From NCBI GenBank assembly GCA_964016885.1, contig OZ024741.1, positions 140,926,001 to 140,990,000 on the forward strand: a DNA stretch of 64,000 bases, given 5' to 3'. The position numbers and the translations under genes are program-made. Below, one piece after another: positions 35,449 through 48,950 of the stretch (position 1 is the first letter of the stretch; every line of letters starts with the position of its first letter). This DNA comes from Eledone cirrhosa (taxonomy: Eukaryota). The notes under the pieces are model-generated. The model had not been told where the DNA came from. It searched no databases and worked only from the letters and a program-made list of their open reading frames with translations.

Positions 35449-35880
35449 TAGTTTCAAGCTTATTAGCTATCGTCAGCAACGTATACCTTTCTGCCAGATT
35501 GTTGAACGTATATACTTACCTTATGCATATTAACGGCTGAGTAGCCCAATTTGCATACCTTCCTGTGAGAAATGAAATTTCGTTTCATTTTTTCCGTTTA
35601 TCGTTTTCGGTGTGCCCGGCCGATTAACTCACTCGATATGCAAATTAGGCTGCTCAGCCGTTAATATGCATAAAGAAAGTATATACTTTCAGACGTTCAA
35701 TCATCTGGCAGGAAGGTATACGTTGCTGACGATAGCTAATAAGCTTGAAACTAGTACAGCGTTCCTTTGTCAGTGTTGAACAAATGAGCAACGATGGTTG
35801 CTAGACACTGTACGGCTTAATTCGGAGTGTTTGTTTAAAAACACACCGAGCATTATAATAAATGTTCGGTAAATCCATAC
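35449..35880 (+). mobile_element. Fold-back non-autonomous PLE
   Basis: 35449-35556 is inverted relative to about 35637-35753. The 35565-35647 segment is repeated directly at 35999-36080. Confidence 0.75.
35721..35761 (+). ncRNA. Minimal type I hammerhead ribozyme (41 nt)
   Basis: CGTTG-CTGACGA-T-AGCT aata AGCT-T-GAAA-CTAG-TA-CAGCG. Palindrome ACTAGT, GUA site. Confidence 0.9.
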
Positions 35881-36149
35881 GTACATATATATATGTGTGC
35901 ATGTATGTATATATATATATATACATACTACTGTACCTCTGTATACATATATGTATGTACGTATACATACTTATATTTAAGTAACAGTTGTACTAAGAGT
36001 GAGAAATGAAATTTCGTTTCATTTTTTCCGTTTATCGTTTTCGGTGTGCCCGGCCGATTAACTCACTCGATATGCAAATTTAGCTGCTGTTTGAGCCACT
36101 TTAGTTTCTTGTTAAAGTTCTTGTCACATTCTTGAACAATGTACTTTTC

Positions 36150-36527
36150 TTCAAAACATATAAAGTTTATAAATATTATGAAAACACACACACACATAGA
36201 ACAAACAACCAACCAGTAACATGTAAATAAACAAATAAATAAACAAATATAAACACACACAGACACCCGGATGTAACACATGCGCAAACTAAGCACACAA
36301 CACACACAAAACAAGATGGCGTAGGACAGAACAAAGGAGAGGCACAAAAACAAAAAAAAGAATCCCCAGTCACTGAAGAGGTCACAGAATGTGTGACGAA
36401 AGAACTTTGACAATATATGAACAATCATCTGGTTGTGGAACCAACCAACCAACCCGAAATTTATAATAAATTGAAGTGAAAGCAACTGGTGCGTGTGTTT
36501 CTTATTGGCAACATGACCCTCCCAAAG

Positions 36528-36529
<2 letters not shown>
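36150..36529 (+). mobile_element. Tail-less pseudo-LTR of a sister family of the PLE at 1-3826
   Basis: Shares the A/C-rich UTR, ATGGCGTAG, the hammerhead position and the ATGACCCTCCCAAAGTA terminus running into (TA)n. Confidence 0.75.
36369..36411 (+). ncRNA. Minimal type I hammerhead ribozyme
   Basis: GTCA-CTGAAGA-G-GTCACA gaatg TGTGAC-GAAA-GAAC-TT-TGAC. Helix II covaries with the 3533 copy (GTTGCA/TGCAAC vs GTCACA/TGTGAC). Confidence 0.88.
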
Positions 36530-36580
<51 letters not shown>

Positions 36581-36805
36581 GGGCCACCTGTCGAAGAAAC
36601 AAAACCACGCGTTTTCCCCCAACAACAACCCCAACCCTGTATCGAAAAAAGAAAATATCTTTCGAGGAAATTATTGGTTTTTTTTTTATTCAAAGGGTTT
36701 GTTAGCAATTTCCAATGTTTTCAAGTGTTTTGCTGTCTGAAGAGCTCAGGTCATAATAACTGATATTGCTCAGTGAAATATGCAATAAGTCTGAATCAAC
36801 TGATT

Positions 36806-36967
36806 ATGGCCTCCGATTTTGATTCCTTCTTCATTTATAAAGGAAGTACCCGCCCAGTGCTGATACAGCCTTCTCAACTTCTTGCTGTCACATTGGATCA
36901 ATTAGATGAAATTCGAGAACACTTGGATCGTGAAATTGACAATGTCACAGAAATTCAGACATTGTGA
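36806..36967 (+). CDS. Possible 53-aa host ORF of unknown function
   Basis: MASDFDSFFIYKGSTRPVLIQPSQLLAVTLDQLDEIREHLDREIDNVTEIQTL. Polypyrimidine + AG acceptor at 36694-36695, AT-rich downstream region, AATAAA near 37656. No family recognised. Confidence 0.3.
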   Translation: MASDFDSFFIYKGSTRPVLIQPSQLLAVTLDQLDEIREHLDREIDNVTEIQTL

Positions 36968-38473
36968 GATAGAAACAATGTTGAAGCTATTTCTTTTCTT
37001 CAGTTGTGTTACATATGTTTGGTTTGTAAATTTACATACAAGGTTTTTCTTCTATTGGACGTTTATCAATTTTAGTTGATATGTTTGGGCCATTTTCAAA
37101 TTGCTATTCTTTGTATCGTGGATATTTCAACTTTACATCTGATTATATTTTAAGCTTCATTGTTGTCTTAATATTTTCAACTAATATATGAAATGAACTA
37201 TATTTGCTGCAATTATTTCCCTTCCACATTTTCATTTCCTTGACAATGTAATGAAATATTAGTTTGAATGTAGTATTGTTGTTCAATCTAACACCATAAT
37301 GTTTATCGATTTGTAATTATCAATCCATATTTCTTAATGTTCTATATGTAAAGGATATAATTTTACTTGCCGTCGCAGATTTTTAACAACCATTTTTTGT
37401 TGTATTTATTTTAAGTGCCCATTATCTGTATTTGTAAACCGTTTATCCTTTGGTGAAAAGCAAAACAGAAATATACATCAAATGGTTTGAAACATATACA
37501 TCATTAAATGTATAATTTCGAGTGATATACAAAACCAAGTACAAAAGGAATTATTTTGTTAAATATATGAATATGTCTTTATTCCTCCCTGAGGATTGAT
37601 TCTCTAACAGAAGAAACAGTTTTATTTTATAGATTTCAGTTCTAAAGAATTCGTAAATAAAACCATTCCACGTTATGTACAAAGGACGTTTTGCTTATCT
37701 CAGTGCTGCCAATAACAGAATTACTGACTACTATCCGAGAGGTATTCTATAAAATTCACGATCTGTGAAAATACAGGATTTGTACTATCTATGTTCTTAG
37801 AATTTAAAAACAATCTCTGTATATGTTAGAACTACCAACAAATTAAAAAGCCAACTCAACTAGGAAAATTCCATTTTCGTCGTTTGATGTTAAACGCAAG
37901 GGCATTCCTCTACAAACAGCTTCCTTGTATATTTAAGTTAAATAACAATGCCCTTAGTAAGAGTGAGATGACCTGCAATAGATTAGAGATCCCAATGGGT
38001 CACTGAATAACTAGTGTTATCTTCAGATATATTGCTGAGTAGCAATTATAATTTCGTAAGCTTACAGGGAGCCTTTATTTAGTCACTGAGACCTCTAGAA
38101 ATAGCACCCGAATTTTCTCTAAGTAGAAACATTGGATGATATATTCCTCGACAAATAGTTTCTGAGAGGTAGACGGATTATATAAGCTTGGATTGCTACG
38201 TAGACTTTCCATTTTATTAGATTTCAAGATGCATTCACATAGTCGGTTCACCTGCTAAAGATACCTGCCAAACATTCCCTAAATTAAATGCCACTAACTT
38301 GAAAAAAAAAAAAGATACATTTGATCATTTTAAACAAGCAATTCCCTGGCAAATGACGTGTACTAATCGATCTCCACTGACCTGGGGCCTAAAACCAATA
38401 ACAATCTAGAAAACTTGTCAAAGAGTATCCAATGTTTACCAATGTCTCTGGTATTCATTATTTTACTTCCTTT

Positions 38474-38660
38474 GGTGGATTGACAGTATCGGTAGAGGGT
38501 CGGATGCCATGCTTTGACGCATAGAGTTACGGCTCTTGCCATTCTGAGTTCAAATCCCGCCGAGGTTAACTTTGCTTTTCATCCTTACGCGGTCGATAAA
38601 ATAAAGTACCAGTAATACACTGGTAATTTCTGGCCTTGTGCCTAACGTAGAGACGATTAT
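38474..38660 (+). mobile_element. Family A SINE with target-site duplication
   Basis: ATTATTTTACTTCCTTT-like sequence on both sides. Confidence 0.9.
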
Positions 38661-41015
38661 TTTACTTCCTTTAGTTCACGCTAAAGATGGTACCTCATTG
38701 GAATATTATCTAGGATATTTAAGTGAGAAACAATGGTGGTATATTAAAGTCGACCGCATCATCCAGAGTCAAGGCTGTGTAAAGTACTGACCTGTCTATC
38801 GAGACCTCAGATAGTGTTACGGTTTCGTCTCTTTCCATAATATGAATTTATTAATTGTTCTTACATTTCTCTTTTATTGAGGTTTTCAACTAAATGTTGC
38901 TGAACTTCATATAAAAAAGGTAATTCATGAAGACTCTCATCATCAATAATATTTCAATTGTTTTTCTCATCTTAGAGCATAAGCTTTTTTTTAGTTAGGT
39001 TAGATTGCACGCTGACCTGTACAAGATTATGTAGAGCGTACGTTAATGTTTAAAGACGAAGCAGGCGGTACGCTAATGCAGTGACGCCGATGTAGCATGT
39101 CTTATACATACTTTAAACCTGGCGGTTCCCATCTTTTCCAGGTCTGAACACAACCGATTTCTATTTGAGAAGGAGAATGTGAATAAGGGAGAGAAAGGGG
39201 TGAGAATCAACCCATTACTAGAATGGTACATTTTTAACCACCTCGAAAAGATGAAATACAAGGTTGACCTCAGAGGTATAAGAATTAAACAGGAAGAGTG
39301 GTGAAGCGTATACTGCAAACTATTCTAGTCTTCGTTCTAACGACTCTGCCAGCTCACCGCATCTATGTGTATATATGTGTATTTTAACTGAATACAATAT
39401 ATTTTGTGACCTGGACATCCGTGGGTTACAACAACGAACGATCTAGATTTTCGAACAATGGAGTAGGCTGCTCGTAAAATGAACGTGCAAGTGATTCAAT
39501 GTAATTCGTGTGATACGGCTATAGTTACAACTCATTTTTACCAGCTGAGTGGACGCGAACAACGTAAAATAGTTTCTGGCTCAAAGACACAACGCATCGG
39601 TGTAAATCGAACTTGAGCCTTACGCTCTAAGCACTATCCGTCGTGCACTCACAAAGAGCCATATAGTTTAACCCTTGTGATCGTTTGAAATTACCTTTAC
39701 TTCTACAATACTAGGCTGATAATTTCAACGTTTTTATATTTATCTGAAGAATTTCCTTTATAATTTCATATACGAAACTTGGTTTAGTTTAGCAATGCGT
39801 AGGTTAGTTATATTACAAAATCCTTCCAAATTCTTAACAGTTTCCTAAATCGTTTTTAAATAAGAGGTATTATGTTTTTTTTATGAGAAATTCGGCAACG
39901 AAAGTGTTAAAAGAAATAAACATCGATATGTCTTGAAATTGATACCTTGTTGAGATATTGGTTTTCCAAGAATTTACCTTCTGATCTACTGCTATTGTAA
40001 TTTTGTTGATTAACATAGGAAGCCTTACATTCTATACACGTGTTCTTATCTCCTTTTACTCTTGGAATAAAATCGACCAGCTACATCAAAGAGTAACGTA
40101 GTTGTAGCCTCAAAAGCTAATGATAATCAATTCTAAACAGCCGTTCCAACGTCTGATCTGCAAGGACAGGTTCACGGAGTCATATCCTCAGCGTAATGTT
40201 AAAATCCTAATCAAGCGTCCTCCGCCAAAACAAATGAACACAAGAAATGATTTATCAAAGCTTTGAGGCATCCGTTTGTACTATTATTGTCTTTTTTCGT
40301 TTTCTTTTTTTTTTTGTAATTCTAGCTTACCGTAACTCCTGATATCTTTGAAGCAACGAAATATGGAAACCATTATTGTCGAACAACATTTTAAGAGGAT
40401 CTTTGGCAACAGAAACTTTCACTGGCATCAATACTATCCTTTCATGTGCTTAACCGTTTTAAGTTCGTATTTGTAATGAAATACGCTGAATGTCAATTAA
40501 TTAATAAAGTATTACGAATAATTTTTTTAGAAATAACTATTTCGATAATAACATATAATTCTTACACAAAATTGTGTTGGAAGAATTTTATTTAAATAGT
40601 AACCATTTAAAATGGTTGATTTTGTTTCATGGCGGGTTGCTATCGAAATTATTAAAACTTGTTGGTTGCTTTAGTGTAAGTTCAAGATAATAAGTAAATT
40701 TAATACGGAAGGCTTTGCAGATATTCTCAGATAATTTATAATGTGAAGAATAAAAGGTGTATCATTAGAGATTCTGAGTTAATAGATTAGCTATGATTTA
40801 TTTTAACTGAAGAGACAATTAGATATATTTAGGATAACTTAAAATATGCAACTACTACGTCTTCTAATTTAGGCACAGGGGCAGTAATTTTGAAGGAGAA
40901 GGATAGCCCAATTATATCACCCAGTTCTTGTCTGACTTTTATTTTAACGACCTGGAAAGGTGAAAGTCAAAGCTAGCCTTAAAGGGTTTGAATTCAAATC
41001 CCAGAGATTCGAAAC

Positions 41016-41018
<3 letters not shown>

Positions 41019-41047
<29 letters not shown>

Positions 41048-41420
41048 CTTCTTCTTCTTCTTCTTCTTCTTCTTCTTCTTCGCCCACTTATTCCTGAGAG
41101 GGTTGAGGGGGCAGACACTCCTTCCAGAGGGTTCTGTCGGAAACAACCGTCTCCACCTAATCCGGCTGTATCCCCAAGCGAGGCCAGCCAAGTTTATGGA
41201 TGTTATGCAGCCATCTTACTCGGGGTCTACCCTTGGGTTTCTTGTCGGTTAGCTTTGCCTTTAAAATCTGTCCAGAGATTTTTTCCTGGCTTTCCTGGGA
41301 TATTCTAAACACAAGCTCATTGTATTGCATCTGTGATCTTTCAATTCGGGGAAGTAGCGGCTCTACCTGGAATAACTCTCTGATCTCCAAAACCGTTACC
41401 GTCCTACCAAACTACCACCT
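41019..41420 (-). mobile_element. RTE-clade LINE 3' end with (AAG)n tail
   Basis: EPLLPRIERSQ..KPKGRPRVRWLHNIHKLGWPRLGIQP. (CTT)n at 41019-41080. Confidence 0.8.
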
Positions 41421-42690
41421 ATAGTGATGAGGCTTCTAATTTGTGTATATCATACATACATTTCGATAAATTGTATGGTTTTCTTGGTTGATACGTTAAG
41501 ATGAAAATTGTCAACTAATCAATAAAGAAACAAAATAATTGAGCATGTTTTTAAATTGGATATTTTTCTCCATTAAAAAACTGCCTCAAATCAAATATTA
41601 ACTATAAAATAGTCGAATAAAATAGTAATGGTAATTTACCTGATTTATTCGATTATGGTATGGTTGTTAAACGAATCGTGACAGCCTTCAATAATATAAA
41701 GCAAATGAATAAACATAAAAAGTATGTATTTTATAACATAGAAAAGATTGATATTTGGTAATTTACATTTAATTTGACATCTACCTTGCCATGTAGATAT
41801 AGCACGCGGTCTATTAGGTTATTCATACTTATTCTCATATCTACCTTGCCATTTAGAGATAGTGTGCTATTTACTTGGCCAATAAAACTTAGTCTGTGGT
41901 CTACCTGGCCATTTAAACTGCAGCAAGCGTTCTATCTAATTATTTACAAACGGCTTGTTGATTACCTGATCATTTACTCATGACGTACAACCAGCCTTGG
42001 TTACAGAAGTTAATCCTAAACCACAGTAAATTCCACGCTTATTTAAGAATACAAATGTTTGATTTTCGAACAACTGGATAATACAGTGGAAGGTAGGTCC
42101 ATAATAATATCATTATCGAGTTCTCGAATGGAATAGAATGGACTCCCGTTGATTACGATGATTAGTGTTTAGGTGGTTCAAACAACGGAACAGTCTGCTC
42201 GGGAAACTGACGTCTATCTCCGAGCATTTCGCAGAAAGGCGTACACTTGATGTAATTATCCGAGGGGTTCAAGGTGTTAATGTGTGTCAAGATTAGCACA
42301 CTCCATCTGGAGGGCTTCCAAACCGTTACTGTTAACATAAAATTTATGACGAGACTTGGGCAAAATACAGACTATAGTAAATGAGACGGGCTTAAGATGC
42401 CGCGCAGTGTGATCGAACTGAGAACAAAGTGATAGCTTCTCTTAACCATTTGGCCATGGAAGAGACGAAACATATATTGTGTTCCAGGAAAAATTTCAAA
42501 ATGTGTGTTTGTCGGCTTCTGATATTGTGAAGACTATGAATTTCCGACCAGTGATTAATTTAATGTTAAAGTGATTAATTTAATGTTAAAATTGAATATT
42601 CTATAAGTATATTATATGTGTGAACGCATTATTTCTTAGAATATAATGTATTTCTGCACCAGCATATTATACACACACACACACACACAC

Positions 42691-42774
<84 letters not shown>

Positions 42775-43484
42775 CTTTGTTTGAGGTTTTATGCTGATAT
42801 TTCAGATATATCATAAAACCTGCAATTCTTAAATTGTCTAACAATATTATTGAATTATATGTGGAGAAAAACTTTTCGTAAAAAATATTCAATAGAATTA
42901 AAAAAAGATAGGAATAATTATTCAGTGAAAGAATTAAAACAAGTCTGCAAATATTCTCCCAGAAGCAATTTTAAGAGAAAGTATAATTTTTGAGGAAATA
43001 GATTTTAAAGCTTCTATGTTATTTTTATTTGATAATATCAGATGTTTTTTTATTTTTTATTTCTGTAATAGAGATGTATATGAAAGCATATGTTATATGT
43101 TTATGGATGATAAACATATATAAATCTCACTGTGGTTATTGTAAGCTTGGATCATGTAACAGCTACCTCAGTAACCGTGTGAGTACATCATATACTACAG
43201 TATTTCATGATTTATTTATACATGCTCATATGATAGGCTTGTATTAAAGAGTAATAGTACAAACACAGCATGATTCAGAAAAGAGGTATACGTGTAAACA
43301 CATACACTATGCTTAACATTTATTTATTATACTTAAGCATATTGTATATGCTTTCATATATTCAACATTTATGAATCATGCTGTGTCAGTGCTGCTGCTA
43401 AAAGTTATTTTTTGTACGTTTAACACTTTCATATCGAACCAGCGTCGGAACAGCTTGCTTGGGAAATTAACATAAAACTTCTTT

Positions 43485-43810
43485 GTGCAATCCACTGACA
43501 CGTGTATCCCTAAGGTAGTTCTTGAAGACACTCCACGTGTTGGTGTACCTAGATCGAGTATGACAACGAGAATTCCAGTTATTCGAACATTAAGAAAAAT
43601 TGCTTGTGAAATTAACATGCAAGTGGCTAAGCATTCCATAGACCAGTGCAATTTTAATGTAATTCTCGTAGCCATCTGCCTTAAAGTACAGTTCACTTTT
43701 ACCAGCGGAGTCGATTAGAGCACCATAAATTAAAGTACCTTGTTCTACTACATAACGTGGCATAACGTGCCACCTGAACTTGGTATTGAACCCACGATTC
43801 ACGATCATGA
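43485..43810. mobile_element. Degenerate cephalopod SINE-like repeat (family B); related pieces near 39410-39640, 42140-42450 and 52300-52620
   Basis: Recurrent AACGGAACAGCCTGCTCGTGAAATTAACGTGCAAGTGGCT-like core in several copies. Confidence 0.6.
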
Positions 43811-45539
43811 ACCCATAGGATTTAGCAACAAATATACATGCCTTGAAGTTTGCAAATATACGCTAATCATTCTACGTTAAGAATTTTCGCAGCATTGCAT
43901 ATTTGTTATAATTCCATTGGAGTTCTCTTTTTAATAGAAGAATATATCTTTGTCTTTAATATTTTAAGTAGTTATATAAAGTTTCGTTACAGCATATTTT
44001 TATTGACTTGAATTGTTTAATGTGAGCCAGGAGACAATATTGTATTTTCAGCTTTTCTCAAAGTAGTGTATTAGAATACCTTTCTTGTCATATTTATTAT
44101 TGAGCTGTCTCCGCTAAACTTCATATAGATAATTGACGGACGTTTATAACAGTAATCGTCTAGTATTTATTACGGAACATCGTGTGTAAAGATTTCGTGC
44201 ATAAATATTCCCGTTTCTAGTTTATTGCAGCCGTTGTTACTGTTCAGCCACAATCAGTCTGATTAGAACTATGATCAAACGTATTTCATAAGTGATCATC
44301 TCATAATTTTGTATACCTGTGGTTATAGTGTGGACCGTTGCTTTTTCTCTTGTGCAGCACAGTAGGGTGATAATTGAGGAAGAATTAGCTGGTATTTCTA
44401 GCATTATTTGTAATTACGTAACTATCTTTCTTCATGTATTTATTAAAAATACTTTGATTCCAATATTCAAAATCTATCGATTTTTCCGCCCTGAGGGTTA
44501 TTTTACCAGATTATCTAAGCTATTGTTTATAGCGAGCAATCGTGGTTACAGTTATTTTCTGAGCTTGGAATTTGTACATTTTCTTATGTACGGTAGTTTA
44601 TTTTCGAAATGTTATATAGATTTCGAGTTACGAGTGTAAACTAGTAAGACAATTGTTCTGCTTAGTACTCTTACTTAAGGAAGTAGAGTGTAACATTCAA
44701 CCTGATGAATGGACTATACTATGGTTCCAGAAAACCAACGAGACTTCCACAGATAAAGAGACATCCACAGATAAAGTACCTATTCGAGAGCTATTACCAA
44801 AAACCTGGTCAAAATCTCACGCCTATCCGTCAACGAGCGGATAATTTAGGAACAAAGTGCTTTTAATGAGGGATTTGACAACCACATTCCCATCAGCCGA
44901 GGACCAAGAAGGCGCAGCCGCACCATAGATATTGTCCTCCACATAAGGCCGGGGTCGCCTCACCAATAGCAGAATATGTTTCACATCCCTCAAAAAACAC
45001 CACCGTGAGAGGGAAAAATAATAGATGGATTAAAGATCAACAATAAATATTCATTGCACATATAGACACATTACCATACATATACACACATATATACACA
45101 CACACACATACATATACACGTACATATCACTGATAAACACACACTAGATTGCAGGCAGATTCATTAAGACTTCGAATATTAGGATAAACTCCAAGACAGA
45201 CGCTGTAAACTTCAATCTGTAACCTAGAAGAAACTGTTGTTGTTGCCCAGTACTTCACACAGTTCTTTACTTAGCCCCACTTCCCTTACAATCAAATTAG
45301 GACTCCGTCATTGAAACGACAGTGTTTGGAAAGAGCTGAAAGAAAGAATAATTCAGTTATTCACTCGCCGTCGAAACGGCAAGAACTCAGCCATCAGGCA
45401 GTAGCGTATTACAATATACATACCATTTGTATATATATATCAACAGACGATCGACTTTTCGTCAAATCGGACCGAGAAAACAGTGTTTCCATTGATTTTT
45501 CTAATTGCTAATACTCTCTATCAGTCGCAACTCCAGGTA

Positions 45540-45659
45540 GAAGGAGCAACGTGGAATAAAGTGTCTTGCCCAAAGACATAACGTATCGCACAATCCGGAA
45601 ATTGAACTCACAACCTCACGATTGAGAATCCAATTCTCGAACCACTCAGCCATGCGCCA
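45540..45659 (-). mobile_element. tRNA-headed SINE (family C); related copies near 26988-27110 and 46860-46970
   Basis: rc: GGCGCATGGCTGAGTGG (A box) ... GTGAGTTCAATTTCC (B box) ... TGTCTTTGGGCAAGACACTTT. Confidence 0.75.
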
Positions 45660-47587
45660 TATATATATATATAGAGAGAGAGAGAAAGAAAGAGATTATT
45701 GTTACGATTACTATCAAATAAACACTCCCATGTTCAGCTTAACAATTTCGAAACAGTTTAAGGATTGACGTAGGGCATATCACGTTATTATAATGCGTGC
45801 GTGTGGGGGGTATGGTGTCTGTGTGTGCAGATGTGTCGTAACGTATCGACTCGACAAAAAATATTGAGATACTTAAAATAAGTACCAGTCTTGTAAAATA
45901 AGCCTTGAGGTCGATATGATCGACTAAAACTATAGAGTGACGCAGTTTGACAGCAGTCTAATGGCTGGAAAAAATAAAATGATATATAAAACGTGGATGA
46001 TCAGATGAGATTCTACATGGATATATAACATATCAACAACTGTTATTAGCATTGAGCTATGCACATGATTTGTTCGGTTTAAAGTATTGCATTGTTCTTT
46101 TGACCACCGTCACTGAAACACAAACATATTATATAGACAAAATGAGAATCAACATTAGAATGTTTGCATCATTGGGAATATTAATATTATGATTGGTTTA
46201 TTTAATATTGTAGGCAATTAGATATGCTTAATAGCATGAAACAACTGTTTCTTGCACCACTAATTAATATACATATAATGTATTCACGCTTCTTGGGTTG
46301 ATTCGCTGTTTAAATTACACAATTCTTTACACAGCTGATTCGCAAAGCATTATCAACTTAAAGCCATTTATAAATGAATTTTATGCAACAAAGAAATTAA
46401 TTTCCAGAGTATTCACTAATAATACAATCCCAATTGAATTATTGTAATAAATACTATATTGTAAGTCAAAGTTTGTAATGGAAAAGTTAGTTATCACTTC
46501 TGATTTTCCTGGTACATATCGAACGTGTGAAATTAATAACAATGGTCTCTCCTTCATTGACACTAACCCATACATTTTTAAAACAAAAGAAATTACTTAA
46601 TTAAATCGACCTTAGTTCAAGATTCAGATTGATTTCAGCCATATCGTAAGGTTGATCAGAGAATGCTGGAGGACAAAATTAAATATGAAATTGCAACACA
46701 CATTCAATCCATCATAAGCTTTACTTATGTTGTATATAGAAGGATTGAAACGCGTAATTTACAGCTCACCTCAGTGTAGGTTTAGCTGTTCCTTTACGGG
46801 TTTATTTAACACAGATTTACCCGTGTTTTTATGACACAGGCAGGCCTTAGTGCTATCATAAAAAAGCAGCGTTAAGAATCATGCTCATGAACACAATGCA
46901 CCGACTGGTCCAGGAATCAATCCCACCCTTAAGATCGTGAACCCCGCACCGTAATCAGTAGATCACACGTCTTCGTTATATTACAATTGATATTGGCTAC
47001 TGTCTGAAAATCGTGTATATATTCTGAACAAGCAGACCTCTGCAAAATTTTACATTTGTGAAAAACTCAAACAATAATTACTCAGACATCTATTTGTTAT
47101 TTCATCATTGTATTTTGAATTATTAGACCATTGGATATCATTATCATTATTTATACAATTAGTTTAATACATCTTTATATATAATTGTTTTAGTGATATT
47201 TGTTTCTCTTTTATTTCCTTGTCTATCTAACAAAAAATATCAGTAAATTACCTATCCTTTGAAAAAATGTACCATATGATGTTTCTCTGCCTCATCCTCG
47301 AAGGACGATTTTGTGTGTGTAGATAATCAGATTCCCTCTTCCGCGACTAATCAATTAGTTTCCACTGCTCCATATGCTGGCGAGAGTCCATATGGAGGTG
47401 GTGTTCACAAAAATTAGGTAATGCTATTAAGCCTTACGTAATTCCAGCCAGGGGCTGAAGAGGAAAATTAGCCTCTTCGGAACAAGTTGGTGCCTGCCTG
47501 TACTGGTATGGGATCGCCATAACAATAGTAATCCTCACTTCGATGAAAAGGGAAGTAAATGATATATATATATATATATATATATAT

Positions 47588-48950
47588 AGCGAAGTAGTTT
47601 CAGATGTTCAAGTCCTTTAATAATAATGCTGTGATTCTCTACCATGGGGATGGAAATCCCTGATACTGGACGGACATAAAATAACTTTCGGCAGGATAAA
47701 TACGCGGAAGCAAAAACAACAATAAACCCCTATTTTCCTGCACCAAATTGCATTTGAACAGAAGCCCCCTCAATCCAATCTATATATGGACAAATTGACA
47801 AACATATTAATCATGTATCTCCTATCTTATTTTGCATATATGTACTGTTTTTTGCATTTATTGGATATTTTTTGTGTGTTTTTTTCTTTTGTGTATTTCA
47901 TATCTGTGCTTTTGTTTGGTTTTGTTCCATGTGATGGAAATCCTAACTATGTACCCGCCTAACTACTACTTTTCATACGGTAATTTACCCTCCGTTCTAC
48001 TGTACGTTACTATCGTTCAGTATGTAGATAATATATCTGTAACATTAATACCCCTTTCAAAACTTCTTACTTAAATATCTCCCTACGTAGTAGATAGTAT
48101 AGGTGCATATATTTTTCACTCACTTCAATCTATATTTTTTTACTCACCTCAATCTGGATACTCACTTGTAAATCTTTTTAATTTTTAATTATTAATTTTT
48201 AATTTTTAATTTTTAATATTTGATTTCTGATTTTCGATTTTTAACTTTTAATTTTTAGTTCTAATTTCCAACTCTCATTCATAACTTCCACTGTGAAACC
48301 ATGATACCTAGAATTAAGTATATTTTCTCTTAGAGTTTTATGGTCAATTATACTGTCCATGCTTAATGAGGGGTAGTATTGAGACCTATTGATACTCACA
48401 CTCTCCCATTACCACTGGCTTTCGGCTGACTGCCACTGACGGGGTGGCTAGCAGTAAGCTATATATAACAGGCCTGAATGGGTCATTGTTTGGTCGAGAG
48501 GGGGAAACTGATTAGGCGAATTTCGTTGAAATATGCGGTAGCTAATAGTCAACCTCCTTCGGACCTGCGCCTGCGCAGACCGGTGGGGTCAATTGGTACT
48601 CACAAGGGAACGGATGAAGAACCCAAGAGCACACACTTCGTCCGTTCCCATGTCGATTCAATTTGGATTGCCTCGGAAACATAATTTTATTATGTAACAA
48701 GCTGTCTGATGATGTCGCGGCACTGGCGCACGGAACAGTGTGGCCACTGTCGCCATTGAAATATATATCACAGCATTATTATTAAAGGACTTGAGCATCT
48801 AAAACTACTTCGCTTTTCCTTATTCGATATTTACTCCGCCACTCCTATGTGGAATAAGTACGTTGAGTGCTTGAATTGAATTGCATCAATATTTACCCTA
48901 AGTACTTTACTTCCCTTCCCATTTAAACTTATCTGTCTTTAATATTATAG
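47588..48950 (+). mobile_element. Non-autonomous PLE with short inverted arm (47588-47635 / 48767-48814) and tail
   Basis: Starts directly after (TA)n. Hammerhead at 48701. Tail motif at 48832-48871. Confidence 0.7.
48701..48774 (+). ncRNA. Type I hammerhead ribozyme with branched helix II
   Basis: GCTGT-CTGATGA-..TGGCG..ACAGTG tggc CACTGT CGCCA..-GAAA-TATATA-TC-ACAGC. AUC site. Confidence 0.85.

Noticed and set aside
36732-36790. CTGAAGA...GAAA inside the candidate exon
   Set aside because: No helix I complement. Such pairs are expected by chance.
44702-44733. CTGATGA-A-TGGA...TCCA-GAAA
   Set aside because: Helix II is present but helix III, NUH and helix I are absent. At most a truncated relic.
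47285-47550. Hairpin CTCCATATG/CATATGGAG and TCCTCG loop-like string
   Set aside because: Insufficient pairing for an HDV-like ribozyme. Left unassigned.
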